A DNA stretch of 64,000 bases from the human T2T-CHM13v2.0 reference genome, Homo sapiens. The notes beneath the pieces were generated by a model, which was not told the origin of the DNA, searched no databases, and saw only the letters and a program-made list of their open reading frames with translations. Shown in pieces: positions 39,991 to 55,571 of this stretch. The position numbers and the translations under genes are program-made. Position 1 is the first letter of the stretch; the number at the start of each line of letters is the position of its first letter. Location of the stretch: NCBI RefSeq assembly GCF_009914755.1, contig NC_060947.1. One strand, 5' to 3'.

Positions 39991-41269
39991 CCATCTATTC
40001 CTTTTATGTTTTTGTGAGGTAAGGGATGGAAAAGAGGACATATGCCAATTTTGGAGCTGTTTTCTAGTGACCTGGCATCATGAGACTCTGACTGGCCTGC
40101 ACTGTGGTGGCTGCAGCCCTTTACTTGTTCTTCATGCTGTTCTCAGCTTCTTTTCATATTCCTGGCCAGAAACATTTGACATTGAAGAATGGTCTGCCCT
40201 TCCTGCTCCTCTTTCCTTGGTCTTCTTGCTTTAGACATCAGAGCACACTCCTGACTGTCACTGACTTCTCAGGTCTTCCAACTCCAGCGACCCTCATCCA
40301 AGACTACCTTCCCCCATGCTCTGGCTCTGTTCCTTGCCCTTATCACAACTTACCTGTCCTGTTTTAGGGCCCTGTTTTCAGCTAGCAGTCCCTTTGAAAA
40401 GCAATCTGATAAATGAATCCATATCAAGGGACTCGTGAATGCTTTTAGCTTGATGAGCCATTCTAAAAGAGGTTCATGTTTTCGGAAATCTTAGAGATGC
40501 AATATTTCAATTCAAAGGAACATATTTCTTAGAGTGAAAATTTTGGGCACCATGGAAGGCCAGTGAAGATGTCTTTGGGTGAGGTGGAGGGAATCCTTGA
40601 GTACCACTGCTAATACATGAGATCAAACTGGGGAGGTAACCACCTATTTCATCTACACGTAGTGTTTCTAGTATTTGTAGCTCCAATGCTGTTGACAAGA
40701 GGATGGTTCATGGCCATTTCTGAGATATTTGTAGAGCTCTCAAAGCTCCATTTCCATTTGTTCCTTCAGCGGAGAGCTCTACAAGTTCTCCTGCCTCTCA
40801 GCATTCTAACTGCCCCTAAATGGCTGCTATTCCAGTTCTACTCCATTCCCAGTCAATGACAGGAATCAAGTCCAGAGCACAATGTATGAAATATTAAGCA
40901 GTTGCTGGAAAAGAAACAGGAAAATCTCAAGAGAAATTTTCATATCACATTGACATTTGTTGAATCCAAATTACTCAAGATACCAAGAAGCATTTGCCAG
41001 GCTCTTATTTTCTTATCTCTTTCACTTTTAAGGGAAGGACAAAATAAATATCTGGAGAATAACAAAATCTTGAACAACAGCAGCATGAGGTTTTTATAAA
41101 GAATAAATCATTTCCAGTCATGCTTAATGAGTTTTCTAATAGAGTTGTGAAATTAGAAGATGAGAGGGGTACAGGGGGATATTACATATTTGAATTCTTG
41201 CAAAGCACTTGATATGGTGTCTCCTATTTTTACTTACATAATTATCCCTGTTGGTTTCAGAAAACTTAA

Positions 41270-41660
41270 AAGTGGTCCTGAGGCTATAACAATTTAAAAA
41301 GTCAGCTAAGTCATAATTGATGGGAAATAGTTGAAGGACTTGTAGATGTTTAGACTGAGGAAGATAAAGCTCAGGAACCTATGACAGCTCTCCTCACACT
41401 TGTGAAAGTTGTCAGGTAAAAGAGGGAAGTGACTTCTGTACTGTTTTAGATGCTACCATTTGCCACTACTGAGTGAATTTTTCACAAACGCAGATTTTGG
41501 CTGAATATAAGGAAGAATTTTCTAATGGAGCAGTCCAAAGATGCAACGGATCTTGAGAAGTATTGAAGTTTCCCATGATTGAAAGAGATCAATGTAGAGA
41601 CAACAAACCATCAGGCATGGAATGGGCACAATTTTGGACCTGATACCCTCATGGATCCTT
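41270..41660 (+). mobile_element. CR1/L3 3' fragment
   Basis: gcagattttggctgaatataaggaagaattttctaa (F.LNIRKNFL-like CR1 ORF2 end). Confidence 0.6.
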
Positions 41661-43089
41661 CTAATACTAAGCTCACAAATCTGTGATGTCATTTTTGTTC
41701 TACTGAAATCTGTGTGTGGGTCTGCATACATGGAGCAAATCCCTAGTGAAACCAACTCCTAAACTATCTCACATAGAAGTGAATCTATCTTAAAATTTTT
41801 TTCAAGGATGTATTTTTGAAGTCGCAGAGGTTTAATTGTATGATCTTATAAGCTTTCCTTCTTTATTATCTTACCTCAATCTCCCACTGGAAGGAAGCTT
41901 TAAGATGCATACATACGAATGAAATCTGCAGGAAACAGGCAAAGGGGTACTATATACTTAAATAATAAGAAATAATATTGTTTCTCTTGGCAGATTTCTA
42001 ATGATAGTGATATTGCTGACTTTTCCTTTTCCTCCTTGTTCTATCAATGGAAATAAATGATTGGCAACCAATGAAAATGAAGTTATTTTTGAGGTCAGAT
42101 GTTTCAATTGGAAACGTTTCGGATCAATAGGGCTGAGGCAGAAAATATCTACAGTCCTCCAATCTTTAAACTGCCAAGGGACATCTGGAATTACTCGATG
42201 TGGCCAAATATGAAACAAAAGGATCTAGAAGGGCATCCATTAGGGGCAAACTATATGTCCTCCCAAAATGTCATCAAACTTTGGGCTGAGAGCTACACAT
42301 CTGTGGATCTCTAAACAGGTTAAATTGTATGTGTCATGTAAGAGGATGCTCAAGTATAAACCTGAAGTCAATTTTATAGATAAGGAAGAGAACTACTAGA
42401 GAACATAGTACATCAGTTACATAATGAATAACCTGGCAGAGGATCAAAATCTATAAGGCTCTCTATCCCATTCTACAATAATCTGTTGACAATATTGCTT
42501 CTCCATTCACAATTTTAAATACAACCAATAACATAATGGCTATATTCGTCTGTGTTTCCAAGGAAACAGATGACTCAACCAAGTAAAGTGACTAATTTGC
42601 ATGGGGCACAGAGCAATTAAATTAACTGATCTTAAGAAAAATACTGGTATGAAGTGAGGTTTTTATCTAACTACAGTAGAATCAATGAACATTATGGTTC
42701 TTAAGATAGCACAGCCTTATTAAATCAACTTATTTCTCTCCAGGAAGTTTAAATTTGGAAAATTTATAAAGCAAATATATAAATCCACAAATTATATGTA
42801 CAATGTACAGTACACATATAGGCAACTGATCAGGATAGATGCTTTTTTTTTTTTAAAAGTGAATCTAATAAGAGCTATATTAGCTTCTGAGTAAACATGA
42901 CAGCTAATGACAGCTAATGTGTGCTGACATAAACTGGTTTGATGGTTTTGAATATAGTCAAACAGTTAGGGAGTTACCTGTCAATTAGATCAAAATGATC
43001 ATGTATATTCCATTAGCTTATTTCTTTGATGGCCAATCACAGGAGTGTTGGAATAGAGAAGAAATAATTGCCTTTTCTCCTTGAACCTA

Positions 43090-43320
43090 ATGCAGGGGAT
43101 ATTAACCATGAGTCTATCAAAGGGCTTCATCTACAGGGACTGGTTGCTGGTGGGGCAGTGGGAGGCAGGGAACTCTAAGGAAGGGAAAAAAATGCGATCC
43201 CTTAAATCACATATGCCATTTTGTGTGATTTTGTTTTCTCTAGGGAGAGGGTCCATAGCCTTCAGTAGATTCTCAAAGGAGTCTAACACTAATAAAAAAA
43301 AAGTTAAGAAGAACTACTCT
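43090..43320. mobile_element. hAT-Charlie-type MITE remnant
   Basis: gggagagggtccatagccttcagtagattctcaaagg...gttaagaa. Confidence 0.55.
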
Positions 43321-44838
43321 AAAGGATCTCAACTCAGAAAAGCCGGCTAGCTTGAGAAAAGCTCTCAAGCTAAGTGAGAGAGCCTTGATGTGTAAATTCA
43401 AAGTGTGTGCATGCCTAAGTGAAGAGCTGAGACAATGAGAGAAAATAGTGTCATGGAATAAGAATGAATAGAGGCATTGGATAGTACTTCAAACTGTCAA
43501 AAACTAATTTTTCTTTATACTGTGAAAATCAGTTTGCAATTAGAGTCCAAGTTATTCTATTTTATACTTCAAATGGCTTTGTATTGAAGGTCATAAGGTA
43601 CTTTGGACTAAAATGCAAATTTGTAAACTGTTAAGGATCCTTGACCAAAAGAGAATCTCATCAATAAATGACAATTGCTCCACTTTAGGTAAATTTACGT
43701 TTAAATTACAAAGAAAAGGACTAAATTTAGCTGGAGTTTAAAAAATATTAATATAATTTTTTGTTTTGTTTTTGTAGATAATTTTACTGTTTTTCCTTTG
43801 AGGAGTTAGCTATATAGGGGTTAGCTATACAGGCTTTATAGGGTTAACTATGTAGACTCAGCAAGAAAAGGTCTCTGTCTACCTGACAGTCTGGATGACT
43901 GGAAACATTCAGATGTTGAATGAATTGTTCAGCGCTCCCATCTATATTTGGCATTATATAGATAGAGCATCCCTAGGGTTTTGAAAACAATGTGGACTGT
44001 TGTATAAATCATTTCCACATCCAGGCATACAAGCAACCATCTTGGCCTTCCTGTTGACTTTCCAGTAAGTAGGTGCCCAAAGAGATATGCTGCTGGAAAT
44101 GACAAGTCCCCATGAGGTGTAACATTCTGAGGTACATGAACACTTGATTAGGGTAGGGTGCTATGAATTAGTACCTCTCTAGACTCTCTAAAAGTGCTTT
44201 GTCTTTATTATAAAGTCTTAACTTTACAGTCTGTTTTTTCATTAGCTAAAGGATTTAACAGCTTTCTTCCCTATGACAGCCTTTGCTACTATAATTAAGA
44301 AATGTATTAAAACTGGAGTGAATTAATGTGAAAAATGGATGGGGGCTTGGGACTAGAAGATTTCCCCAGCTAGGTGTTAGGGAATAACACTCAGTATTAG
44401 AAAATGGAGGTATATTCCATAGCAAGCATGAGAATCTGAAAAATTTTGAGAAATGCCCTTTGGACTTTCACATGCTTGTGTGAAAGTAAGTGTTAAATGA
44501 AAATGACCCAAGACTTTTCATGTGTTTTAATTGGCTTTGATGATGCCATGCACATACAAGTTGCTCTGTCAATGTCTATGCTCTTCTAGTCACTATATTT
44601 GATCACTATTTGTCAGGTCATTGAGGAGATGCCTGAAGAAAAAATTGTTTTATGGAATAGTTCATAGGATAGCATCTAGATCTTCTGAACATAGAGAAAC
44701 TTAAAGCCAAATGTTCCAGAGGCATGTGTCAGGAATACAGCTGTCATAACTAGAAAGAAGGCTCTACCAGTTTACCCAGGGGAAAGGAAACAGGTTTGTT
44801 TATTCTTAAGGAGACAGGAGTTGAAGCTTCCCTTTTCT

Positions 44839-46684
<1,846 letters not shown>

Positions 46685-47358
46685 TGAATTAAGCCACAGT
46701 CAATTTAGTCATAATCTTTGTGGAACTTCAGGATATGGAATACTAAAAGCTACGAATTCCTTACAAAAGGTGTCAAAATACTTTGTACTCTCAAGAAAAT
46801 TCCTAAACCATGTGAGAAAATTTAAAGATAAATGCTTTAATTATCATGGGGTAGGGCTTTCAAGGGTAAAGAACCATTTCTCCCTCCTTTATCATGCCAT
46901 GAAAACCAGATTTCCGTTTTCTTGTTTATGAAATGACCATTTCCAAAGATTGGAAATAAAAACTTATGAAGTTTAGCCTTTTGGATCTGACAATACCTCT
47001 CCCAACTAGAATGGAATAGTTTTGATGAGTCTTCACAGTGGCTAGCAGTGAATGAGTGACTTACTTGAGTGCTTGGAAGTATTGAGATCCATGTCAGTGT
47101 CAGCACTGTTTACAGGGAAGGACATACATACAGGGATGTTAACACTTCCTGCTTCTCCAAAGTAGTGCTCAAAGGATCAATCCTTCAAGTAGGAAGAGTG
47201 AGCATGTTGACCTTTGTCCCTATTCCTGCATCTTAACTCAGTGCTACAATAGGGGCAACTACATTTTCTGCTTCTACTGGCAGTGCTTTGTCTTTTCATA
47301 TTATCTTGCTTTTTGCTTTATCTGCTAAGCAAATATATAGAGATTAGAGAAGACTTAC

Positions 47359-47608
47359 CTTAATTCCAAAATACTAACGGAGTTTCCCGAGGGAAATATT
47401 CTCCTTACAAAATTGAAGTCGCCAACATACACACTGCCATCAGGGCCAGAAGCTAAGGCGACAGGAGCAAAGAGTTTGTTGTTGTGGGCTGGGCCATTGC
47501 AGTTGGTGCAGGCTACACTCCTTTGGTGTCCATTACCCATTATGGTTGATATGACTGGGGGCTGCTGGGAAATGAACATATTTTCTCCATTCCCTTTATG
47601 TATGATTC
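47359..47608 (-). CDS. TENM1: Teneurin-1 coding exon, 250 nt, phase 1-2: (G)[26 protein letters not shown]...[21 protein letters not shown], start of the NHL beta-propeller
   Basis: Within ORF 47355..47627. Acceptor ttttccttgaatctag|GA and donor TTAAG|gtaagt. NHL-repeat motif [19 protein letters not shown]. Confidence 0.98.
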
Positions 47609-48229
47609 CTAGATTCAAGGAAAACAAAAAGAGAATTTAAGAAAAGCAATTACCACAAAATAATCTCAGCAATATTTTAATTTATTCTTCATCATCCCAA
47701 GCAGGAAGGAGCTTTGGCCTGGCATAAGAGAACCTGAGAGTGAAACACACACTTTCCTCGGTTTTGTTTAACTGCATAACCACAACAAATAGTAGCATAA
47801 TACTTTGCCTCAGTTTGTCCATCTGTGAAGTAGGGTAATACAACCAGTCCTTGTAATGTTGATTCTAAATGACTCAATAAAGCATTTGATGACTAACTTT
47901 TAATGACCTATTCACTCTGGGCTCTGTGAATCATCTGTGGCTACATTTTCATATCTGGCTGGCTCTTTTCTGATGCCTAGCACATACCCGTCTGACTTCA
48001 AATTACCCTCACTATGAAACCAGTTCCTGAAACGAGAATATCGGTCAATTTTAATATTAACCTTAGCAAAACACAATCAGGAAGGTAATCTACTTCTGTG
48101 AAAAGAAAAGAAATCCTACTGCTAGAATGCACTTCAAAGAAATATGAAAGAAACTTGAATTTTCCACTCTTTTGGACCATATCGCACTATCATCAGTGCA
48201 GGAAATAGAGATACTGACTTATGAAAATG

Positions 48230-49265
48230 CTTTGCAGACATTCTGTGTGGGCAATCTCATCCATACCCACGGCTTTAACTCCCATTTCTATATGCTGAAA
48301 CTTTCTCCCATCCAGAGTTCTTAACTGACATGCCATTTCCTTCTAGACCTCTTTACTTGGATCCCCCGCAATTACTTCAGACTGGAACATACAAAAACTG
48401 AACTCATTATTTTTCTGCAACCACTCCCAAACCCTGCTCTTCCTCTTGTGTTCCCTAATCATCTTGTGAGTGGTTGTACCATGCATACAATTACCTAAAT
48501 TGGAAATCTGGACATCACCATGGCTCTTCTTTCCCCCCATTCTTGAAACCTGATTAATCATTAACTCCCATTGAGTCTATCCCTTAAAATGTGTTGAAAC
48601 CAGTTCTTTCTCCCCTATTCCTACATTAGTTTAGTTTTTCTTAACTTCTTGGTCTCCTGGTCTCCATGCATATCCATTTCCAGATCTTCGTCCCCACTCC
48701 TGCCATAGAGATTATTTCAGTCTGTGGTTTAATACCTTTCAATAGCTCCATATCCCTTTAGGATAAAGGGCACATTCCTTACTGTTAAGGCACAAAAAGT
48801 CCTTCATGATTTGGCCCTTGACTACTTCTTCAGTCTCCCCTCTCATCATGCTTTCATCTATATCCTGAGATCTAGCCAGAACAAACTACTTATGGTTACT
48901 TTCACCTACTTCCATTCCTCTATGTTTTTGTCCATGCTATTGTCTTTATCTTGAATGCCTTCCTCATCTTGTCTGCTTGGGGAGGTTCTATTCATCCTTT
49001 AAAGCTCAGCTCCAGTTTTCCTCAATGCTCCATCCAGGCAGAGTCAGTTACTCCCTCCTCTGTGTGCCCATAGTTTGTTTTCCATAGCTCTGTTATAACA
49101 TTTACCACATGTGTGATACAGTTTTTATTACTTCTCTGTCTTTCCCATTAGAACATGAATGAGCTCCTTGAAGGCAGATCCTCTGTCTTACTCCTTTCTG
49201 CATTTTAGTGCCAATCCCTGTGGCCAAATCATTATAAGTGCTCGGTAAATGTTGAAAATAGGCTT
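48230..49265 (+). mobile_element. L2 3' fragment
   Basis: ctcatccatacccacggctttaact..., and a 3' end gagctccttgaaggcag...gtgctcggtaaatgttgaa. Confidence 0.75.
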
Positions 49266-52200
49266 TGAGTTTCTCGTAGTTTCCTTGTCTAAATTCCAAT
49301 GATTTTGCAAACCTGCTGAGCCTGGGCAGAAAATCCGAGGAACAAGTACTGCTGTGCTAAATAGCTCAAGTCAGCCCAGAGTGAGCCAGGGCAGGTGAAA
49401 CATCCATGTTGTGGGAAGGCATGCCCATGTGTCAGACTGAAGTCACTAATAGCAAATGAATGAATGCAGTTATACAGTTAAGCCTTATTTTTTTCTCCCT
49501 TTCCCCCTGCTGTCTATCTCCTTGCATTGCCTGTTATTCTCCCTAAACATTTCCTGAAATGTCTCTTTAGTTTTCTTCCAACTTTGGGTACCACAGTCCT
49601 ACCACAGAAACTATTGATCACTCTGAGGTAGGAACATTGCTGGCAAAAATAAACAAGAGGGTAAAACATGCTATAATACCATGGTGGAATATATGGTTGG
49701 AAAGGGCCTTCCAGCAAACAGAAATCCCATCCATCATATAGTATTGGATTTCAAATTTAAGCATTTTTACTTTTCCTTCCAGGGTGATTTCTGGCTACTT
49801 TTGCAACACATGATTTGCAGGAGCAGCTGTGAGTTTATGCCCTAACAAATTGGTCTTTTATTGCAGAACTATGAGATATCTTGAGGATCACTACTTTCTT
49901 ATTATTTTATTAATAACTTTATTAGGTAGTAGGGACCTTTCTTAAGATTTAGAATAGTTAATTAAGTAAGATGAATAGGACTGAATTTCTTTTCTCAAAA
50001 AACATTTAATTGCAGTGTGGTCAATATTGTAATTCAAATAAATTAGGAGGAGGTGAATGAGAACTGGAATGACAGTTGCACAACATCATTGAAGAGAAAT
50101 CTCCCGATGATTGCTAACAGAATATTCTACAAATGAGACTATGATATGTTCTTTAATAAATGAGGAAACCACTGTTTAGCATGTCAGTATTTCAGCAATG
50201 CACTATAGTGTATATCATTCAAAAATCTTTCCAATTATTGGCTTGGAAATACCAGATTTGCTATTAACATCTATTTTCACAGGTAGATCTCCATTTTTTT
50301 ATATCAATATAATGGTATAGTTAACAATTACCCTCAAAATGACATGTTATTACCAGCCTCCTGGCAATTTTAGAACTAAAGATGGCTATTCTAAACCATT
50401 CTTCTAAGCCTGCAATTCTAAAACTCCCCTTTTCTATTAGAAAGCCCAACACTCCATCAAAGAAGAAGAATGATTAAAGGAAATAAAACATAAGGCAATG
50501 TACTTTCTGATTACATCTCAACAATTGATGTCTGGCTTTCATGCAAGGTACTAAAGTGCCCGTGTACTGAAATGACCATTTCTGTTTAAAGCTGAAGCAA
50601 TCAAAACAAAAATGGGCAAACCCCTTTTGTATTGCCCTGGAAAAATAGATCATTTTGAAGGGTGTTTTTGTTGTTTCAAGAATCTGTTTAACCTTCCATT
50701 ACACAGAACCAGGGCATACCATCTAGCAACCATGATTTAACACCAATTCTTTTGCAAAATGTTGCTTTGAAAATATTTTGTTTATGTTCCTAGAAATCTT
50801 GATCAATTACTGCTGCCTCCTTTCCAGTTTCTTCTGCCACACATGCTCATTTTGAAAAGGGAATCCAATGATCCTAGGACAACACACATTATTTATGTGA
50901 AGGCCAACTTCCTGCTAAGGATTGGGTATCTTGTTTACAGTTAACGAAACCCCACTGAATGGGGCTTACTGCACATTTTCTCTTCAAAGTTTTCCTTTTC
51001 TTTGCCAAAAAGCCAAGCCCATTGTATAATAAGGTAAGCACACTTTTAAACATACCAGTCATACCCTCTTGCTACTTTGTTCAGAACTTCTTTTGATGCT
51101 TATAAATATGTCTGAAATAAAAAATCTCCTTGAAAGCCAGTGGGTGGTGCTTTATGCTGATTTCAAGGAAGAAACCATTTTTCAGATTTATGAACAACAA
51201 AGAGACACAACACATATTTCTCTTAGTACTTGACTGAGAGGATATAAACACAAACTGGGAGGTATGCCAGTGTGATCAATGGACATTTACTTCTCCTCCC
51301 AGTAAAACCATTTGTCGGCAAACTACTGGCCTATTTTGGAGGATAAGTTAAAAGAAATTCTTTACCAATTTTGAGACAGATGACAATACCCACTTAGTGC
51401 CCTAGATTGTTCTTTTTAATAATTTTAAACACTCGACTGCCAGGAAACCCTAGGGGATATGTTTGGTAAAAGATACACCAAACAAATAGCTTAGTTCTGT
51501 AACAGATATGCACAACTTTCTTATAATTTTAAAGAACTGAGTTTTCTTAAAATGAATGAATATACCCTCTTTATAATCACTAAGAAGATGAACTTAAAAG
51601 GAATAATGTTGAAAACCACAAGTTTCTGATGTTTTTATCTCAGTGAAAATCAGAACCATCTTTATATATCAGGCCTAATATTGGGAAACAATTCTCCACA
51701 ACCAATGGTTAACTGTCAGGTAAATATAATTGCAGCAATGGAAATGACAAATGGTCTGAAAACACTGCCTGCTAGAAACTACCCATTGCATAATGATTTT
51801 GGAGCCAAAGAAAACTGAAGAATAGAATGGCAACAGACATCCAGTCTAATTACAGGTGTCTTTTTAACCAGTGAGAGGAAACTGGGGGAAGATAGATTCT
51901 TGTTTTTAATCTGCTATCTGTCTCTGATCAAAAAAGCAGGATGCCTAAAGAGTTACGTTTTTTTCCAGAGAGAAGCAGAGTGGGGGAATTTGGAGAGATG
52001 TTGCTCTTGCCTTAATCAGCTTAATCAGTCAGAAAAGACTGTCTGACCCGAGGGGGAAAGAGCATTGCTTTCTAAATTGGTCTTCCCAAAGCTGCTCCAT
52101 CACACTTATCATTCCTGCCTCTAAAACTGCCTTTGTGGGTGGGATTTAGACTTCGAAAACATCCCAAGAGAGGTTTTCGTGTCCAAGGTCAGGCTGAAAG

Positions 52201-52359
52201 GCAGCAGCAGAGCTGGCTTCAGATCTGTTTCCCGGCAAGTGTGATGAGTTCTTGGTTGGAAATACACATCTACAAATGAGATGATAAAATGAACAAATGT
52301 TCCTTTTTAAAAGACTATCCAAAGGAAGGCTTCTTTCTCAGAATAAATTTCTCAGAAAG

Positions 52360-52550
52360 GTAGAAACACAAAGCAGATTTAGTGGGGCTGTGAATGAGCA
52401 CACAAAATCTTTTGGGGGTGATAAAAATATTCTAAAACTGGGTTTTGGTGATGGTTGCACAACTACAAATTTACTAAAAATCACTGAAGTGTACATTTAT
52501 AATGGGTAAATTTTATGATGTATAAATTATACTTCAATAAAGCTGTTAAA
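52360..52550 (+). mobile_element. L1M 3' end fragment
   Basis: ttttgggggtgataaaaatattctaaaactg...aaattatacttcaataaagctgtt. Confidence 0.8.
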
Positions 52551-53910
52551 AATTCTCAGAAATAATTTGATGCCTATTACCTAAAAACTAATTACTGGTG
52601 AATTAGGGGTGGAGATAACACATTTGTGAAAATCAGGGGGCCCCCCCCAAAGCCAACTTTCTGAATGACTCCCTTCTGTTCTGAATGTTTCAAGTCTGTG
52701 TGAAGCAAATGGTAAGAGGATACAAGACTGGGAGCACACAGCTGGGGGCTGGCTCGATTGAGGTCATTTCCCACTTTGTGTTTAATGTCAATGACAGGCA
52801 TTTGAAAGAGACAATCCATACAAGCCAATATAAGTGAGTGGAAAAGAAACGGCTGCTTAAAATGTCAAACTCTTTCAAATCAAAACAGAAAACCTAATAA
52901 TTTAATAAGTGGCATCTGCCCTTTCATTTTTGTACTTTTAAAACTGTGGCTTTCCTTTTGACAACAGAAAAAAAGTTGACCTTTTATATCTCAGCCTGAA
53001 TCTTTGCTCTTAAAAAAAAATAAACTGTTTGATATGGAATTCAGAATCTTCCTTGAAGGAGGAGAAAGAGTTATAATGGGGGCATACAGCAATAGACTCA
53101 TTCACCTTCAGAGTCCCACACTGGGACTATAGTAGGCGGTCTCTTTCTATGGTTGAAGTAAATCTGGTTAGCTTTGCCATTCAAAGTTTCTCAGCCTGTG
53201 GGGCTGGTTGACATAGCTGATTTGGCTATAGTACAGATGAAGTGATATCATAGGTGTGATTATAAAATGGATCCCTTAGTTTGGTCAGTTCATGGCCTTA
53301 TAAGATCGCCTCGCCTTAACCACCTGTTCCACAAAGTTAGGATGGATACAAGGATGGCTGGATGGAAGTGTGTAGGGGCTTCAGTACATTCTGATCCCCA
53401 ATTCTGGAAAAATAACCCAATGTACATGTCCTACTATAGCTTGTTCAGAATCTGTCTCTTTAGATGAAAAGGGATATGATTTCACAGTAGACGCTCAGAG
53501 GAAAGCTGTATGAAAACACCAGTGACGGGTTTCCCACTAAGATGCAAGAGTAGGTGAAGGAACTTGGATGAAGGAGTTATAACCAGGGTAGCAAACTCAG
53601 TTTGTCTGGGAAAAGCACAAACTCAGGGGCCACCTCTGCCCCCTTCTCCTGATTTGTTTAACATTTAAATCGCAAACAAGGAGAACAGCAGGGAGAGTGG
53701 TCCAAAGAAGGGATAGATTAAGATGAGAGTGTTCCGATTCTTACCACACTAAGAGTAATTCAAAATAGAATTATTATGTTTAATGCGGTCATCTCTAAGT
53801 AGTATTCTCACAAGTAATTTTTATCTTGTACTTTCCAAATTTTCTGCAATAAATATGTATTATACAGCATTAGGAAAGTAGTATTCATACAAATTTAAAA
53901 AGCTACTTAC

Positions 53911-54054
53911 CACTTTGAGGATTCAAAATGTGATGCTTATTCAAAGACCAGCCTCCTAGGTTAGAAGCATCCATCTCAAAACCTTGTAAAACGACTGTCC
54001 TTTGCTCCCAGAGAATAAAGTCAGGGCACGTTTCATATTCATATCCCACAGATA
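53911..54054 (-). CDS. TENM1: Teneurin-1 coding exon, 144 nt, phase 1-1: (V)[47 protein letters not shown](G)
   Basis: Read by hand on the minus strand: ctctttgtttgcag|TATCTG...CAAAGTG|gtaagt. Open frame with teneurin motifs VGYEY and GGWSL.KHH. End phase matches the next exon (G|GA). Not in the ORF track. Confidence 0.96.
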
Positions 54055-55411
54055 CTGCAAACAAAGAGTTAACAGCACATTAGAAAACTGTAAAATATTT
54101 GCTTCATGTTTATACTAGTTGATAATTCTGTGGATATCACTTTGGCTACTGAATTCTGATTAGAGTTGAAATTTGACTGCAAATTTCTTTCACCTAGCAC
54201 AGTACAACATTGCATCTAGCATAGCATTGGTCACTCAAAAGTGATCAGGGCATATCGGATAAATATATGAAGGAGTGAGTAAATAAATGCTCTTATTAGG
54301 TTGGTACCATATGTTTATGGACATTAGGCTTTATTTTGGGCTTTTGGGTTGGAGGCTGTGCTGTAAAACTGAAGAGAGATGCTTTCTGCAGGATTAAGCT
54401 GTGGTAGTATTTCTCTCTGCCTTTGTAGGAGAAGTGCAGGTAGGGCTGGTTTTTTACCACTATAGTGAAAAATGCACTCAGCAAGCTGCCTTTGGAGTAC
54501 TAGGTCACTTATACAGCAACCAACTACATATGCAACTAATACAAATGGATTTGCCCAATTTATGTTTTCCTGTGCTAACTGGCTTTTGGTTTGCTGAGAC
54601 TAAGTTTGCTTAGAGTGTTGCAAGTGTAAATTCCACTTTGTGCACGTTATGTTTTGGTTTCTGCATATAACTAACCAATGGGACATCACCCAACATTTGT
54701 CCTCAACTGCTATGCAGCACAGATGTTGTACATTAAACGTGGAACCTCGGTATGCCACTGAAATGTGAAATGCAGAATGTGGTAGCTTGAGAGTCTTTGC
54801 TCTACTGAACTATGTATAGCTTAAGTATACCAAGTCCTAGCCATTTTCCCTCTTGGTAAACCTGCTCACCTGTTGGAACCCCAGATTTCTGATTCTTAAA
54901 TTTACAATGCTTTCTATCCTCATAATGTTCTAAGCCTGAGAACACTGGCTCATTATACTGCATATCCTGAAGCGGCTTTCCCTCTTTCTGGCAGCTTAAA
55001 ATAGCCCCTGTTGGTCTGTGGTCTGCCATAGCTTTCGAGTACCTGCCTCTGCCTGACTCTTTAGATGCCCCTGAAGAGCTCAGTCCTTCCTTTGTCATTT
55101 GGTTATGAAAACTGGAAGTGAAAATGCGTGCTTAAACAATGCCAGAACAATAGGTCCGAAAGTGAAAAAATAAAGCCAACTGGTTTTGGTTTTTGGCATT
55201 AGGTGAAGGGAAAAGATGGTAATTTTAGTCAAACTGATTTGTGTGTGCATGTGCATGTGCATGTGTATGTGAGCACATTCACAGAGAAGCCAAAAAGTCC
55301 CTGTAATCACAAATATCCAACTCTCTGACTTTGTGGATCATTTGTGGCCAATTTTAAATTGCAGGCTGGCTTCTCTTTGTCCTCCACTCTACCAAAGCTT
55401 ATAACAGGGAT

Positions 55412-55571
55412 CAGGGCCATCTTCATGGATACGACCCATGCTTAGGAGGGCCCCACACTTGATTTAATGCTCTGCAGTCACTGTCTTGAAGTTTGTAATA
55501 CTTTTTAAACAAGAGGCTCTGTATTTCCGTTTTCATTTCACTGGGCCCTGCAAATTATGTAGCCATTCCTG
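55412..55571 (+). mobile_element. MER91A-like hAT-Tip100 MITE
   Basis: cagggccatcttcatgg...gggccccacacttgatttaatgctctgc...ctgggccctgcaaattatgtagccattcctg. Confidence 0.8.
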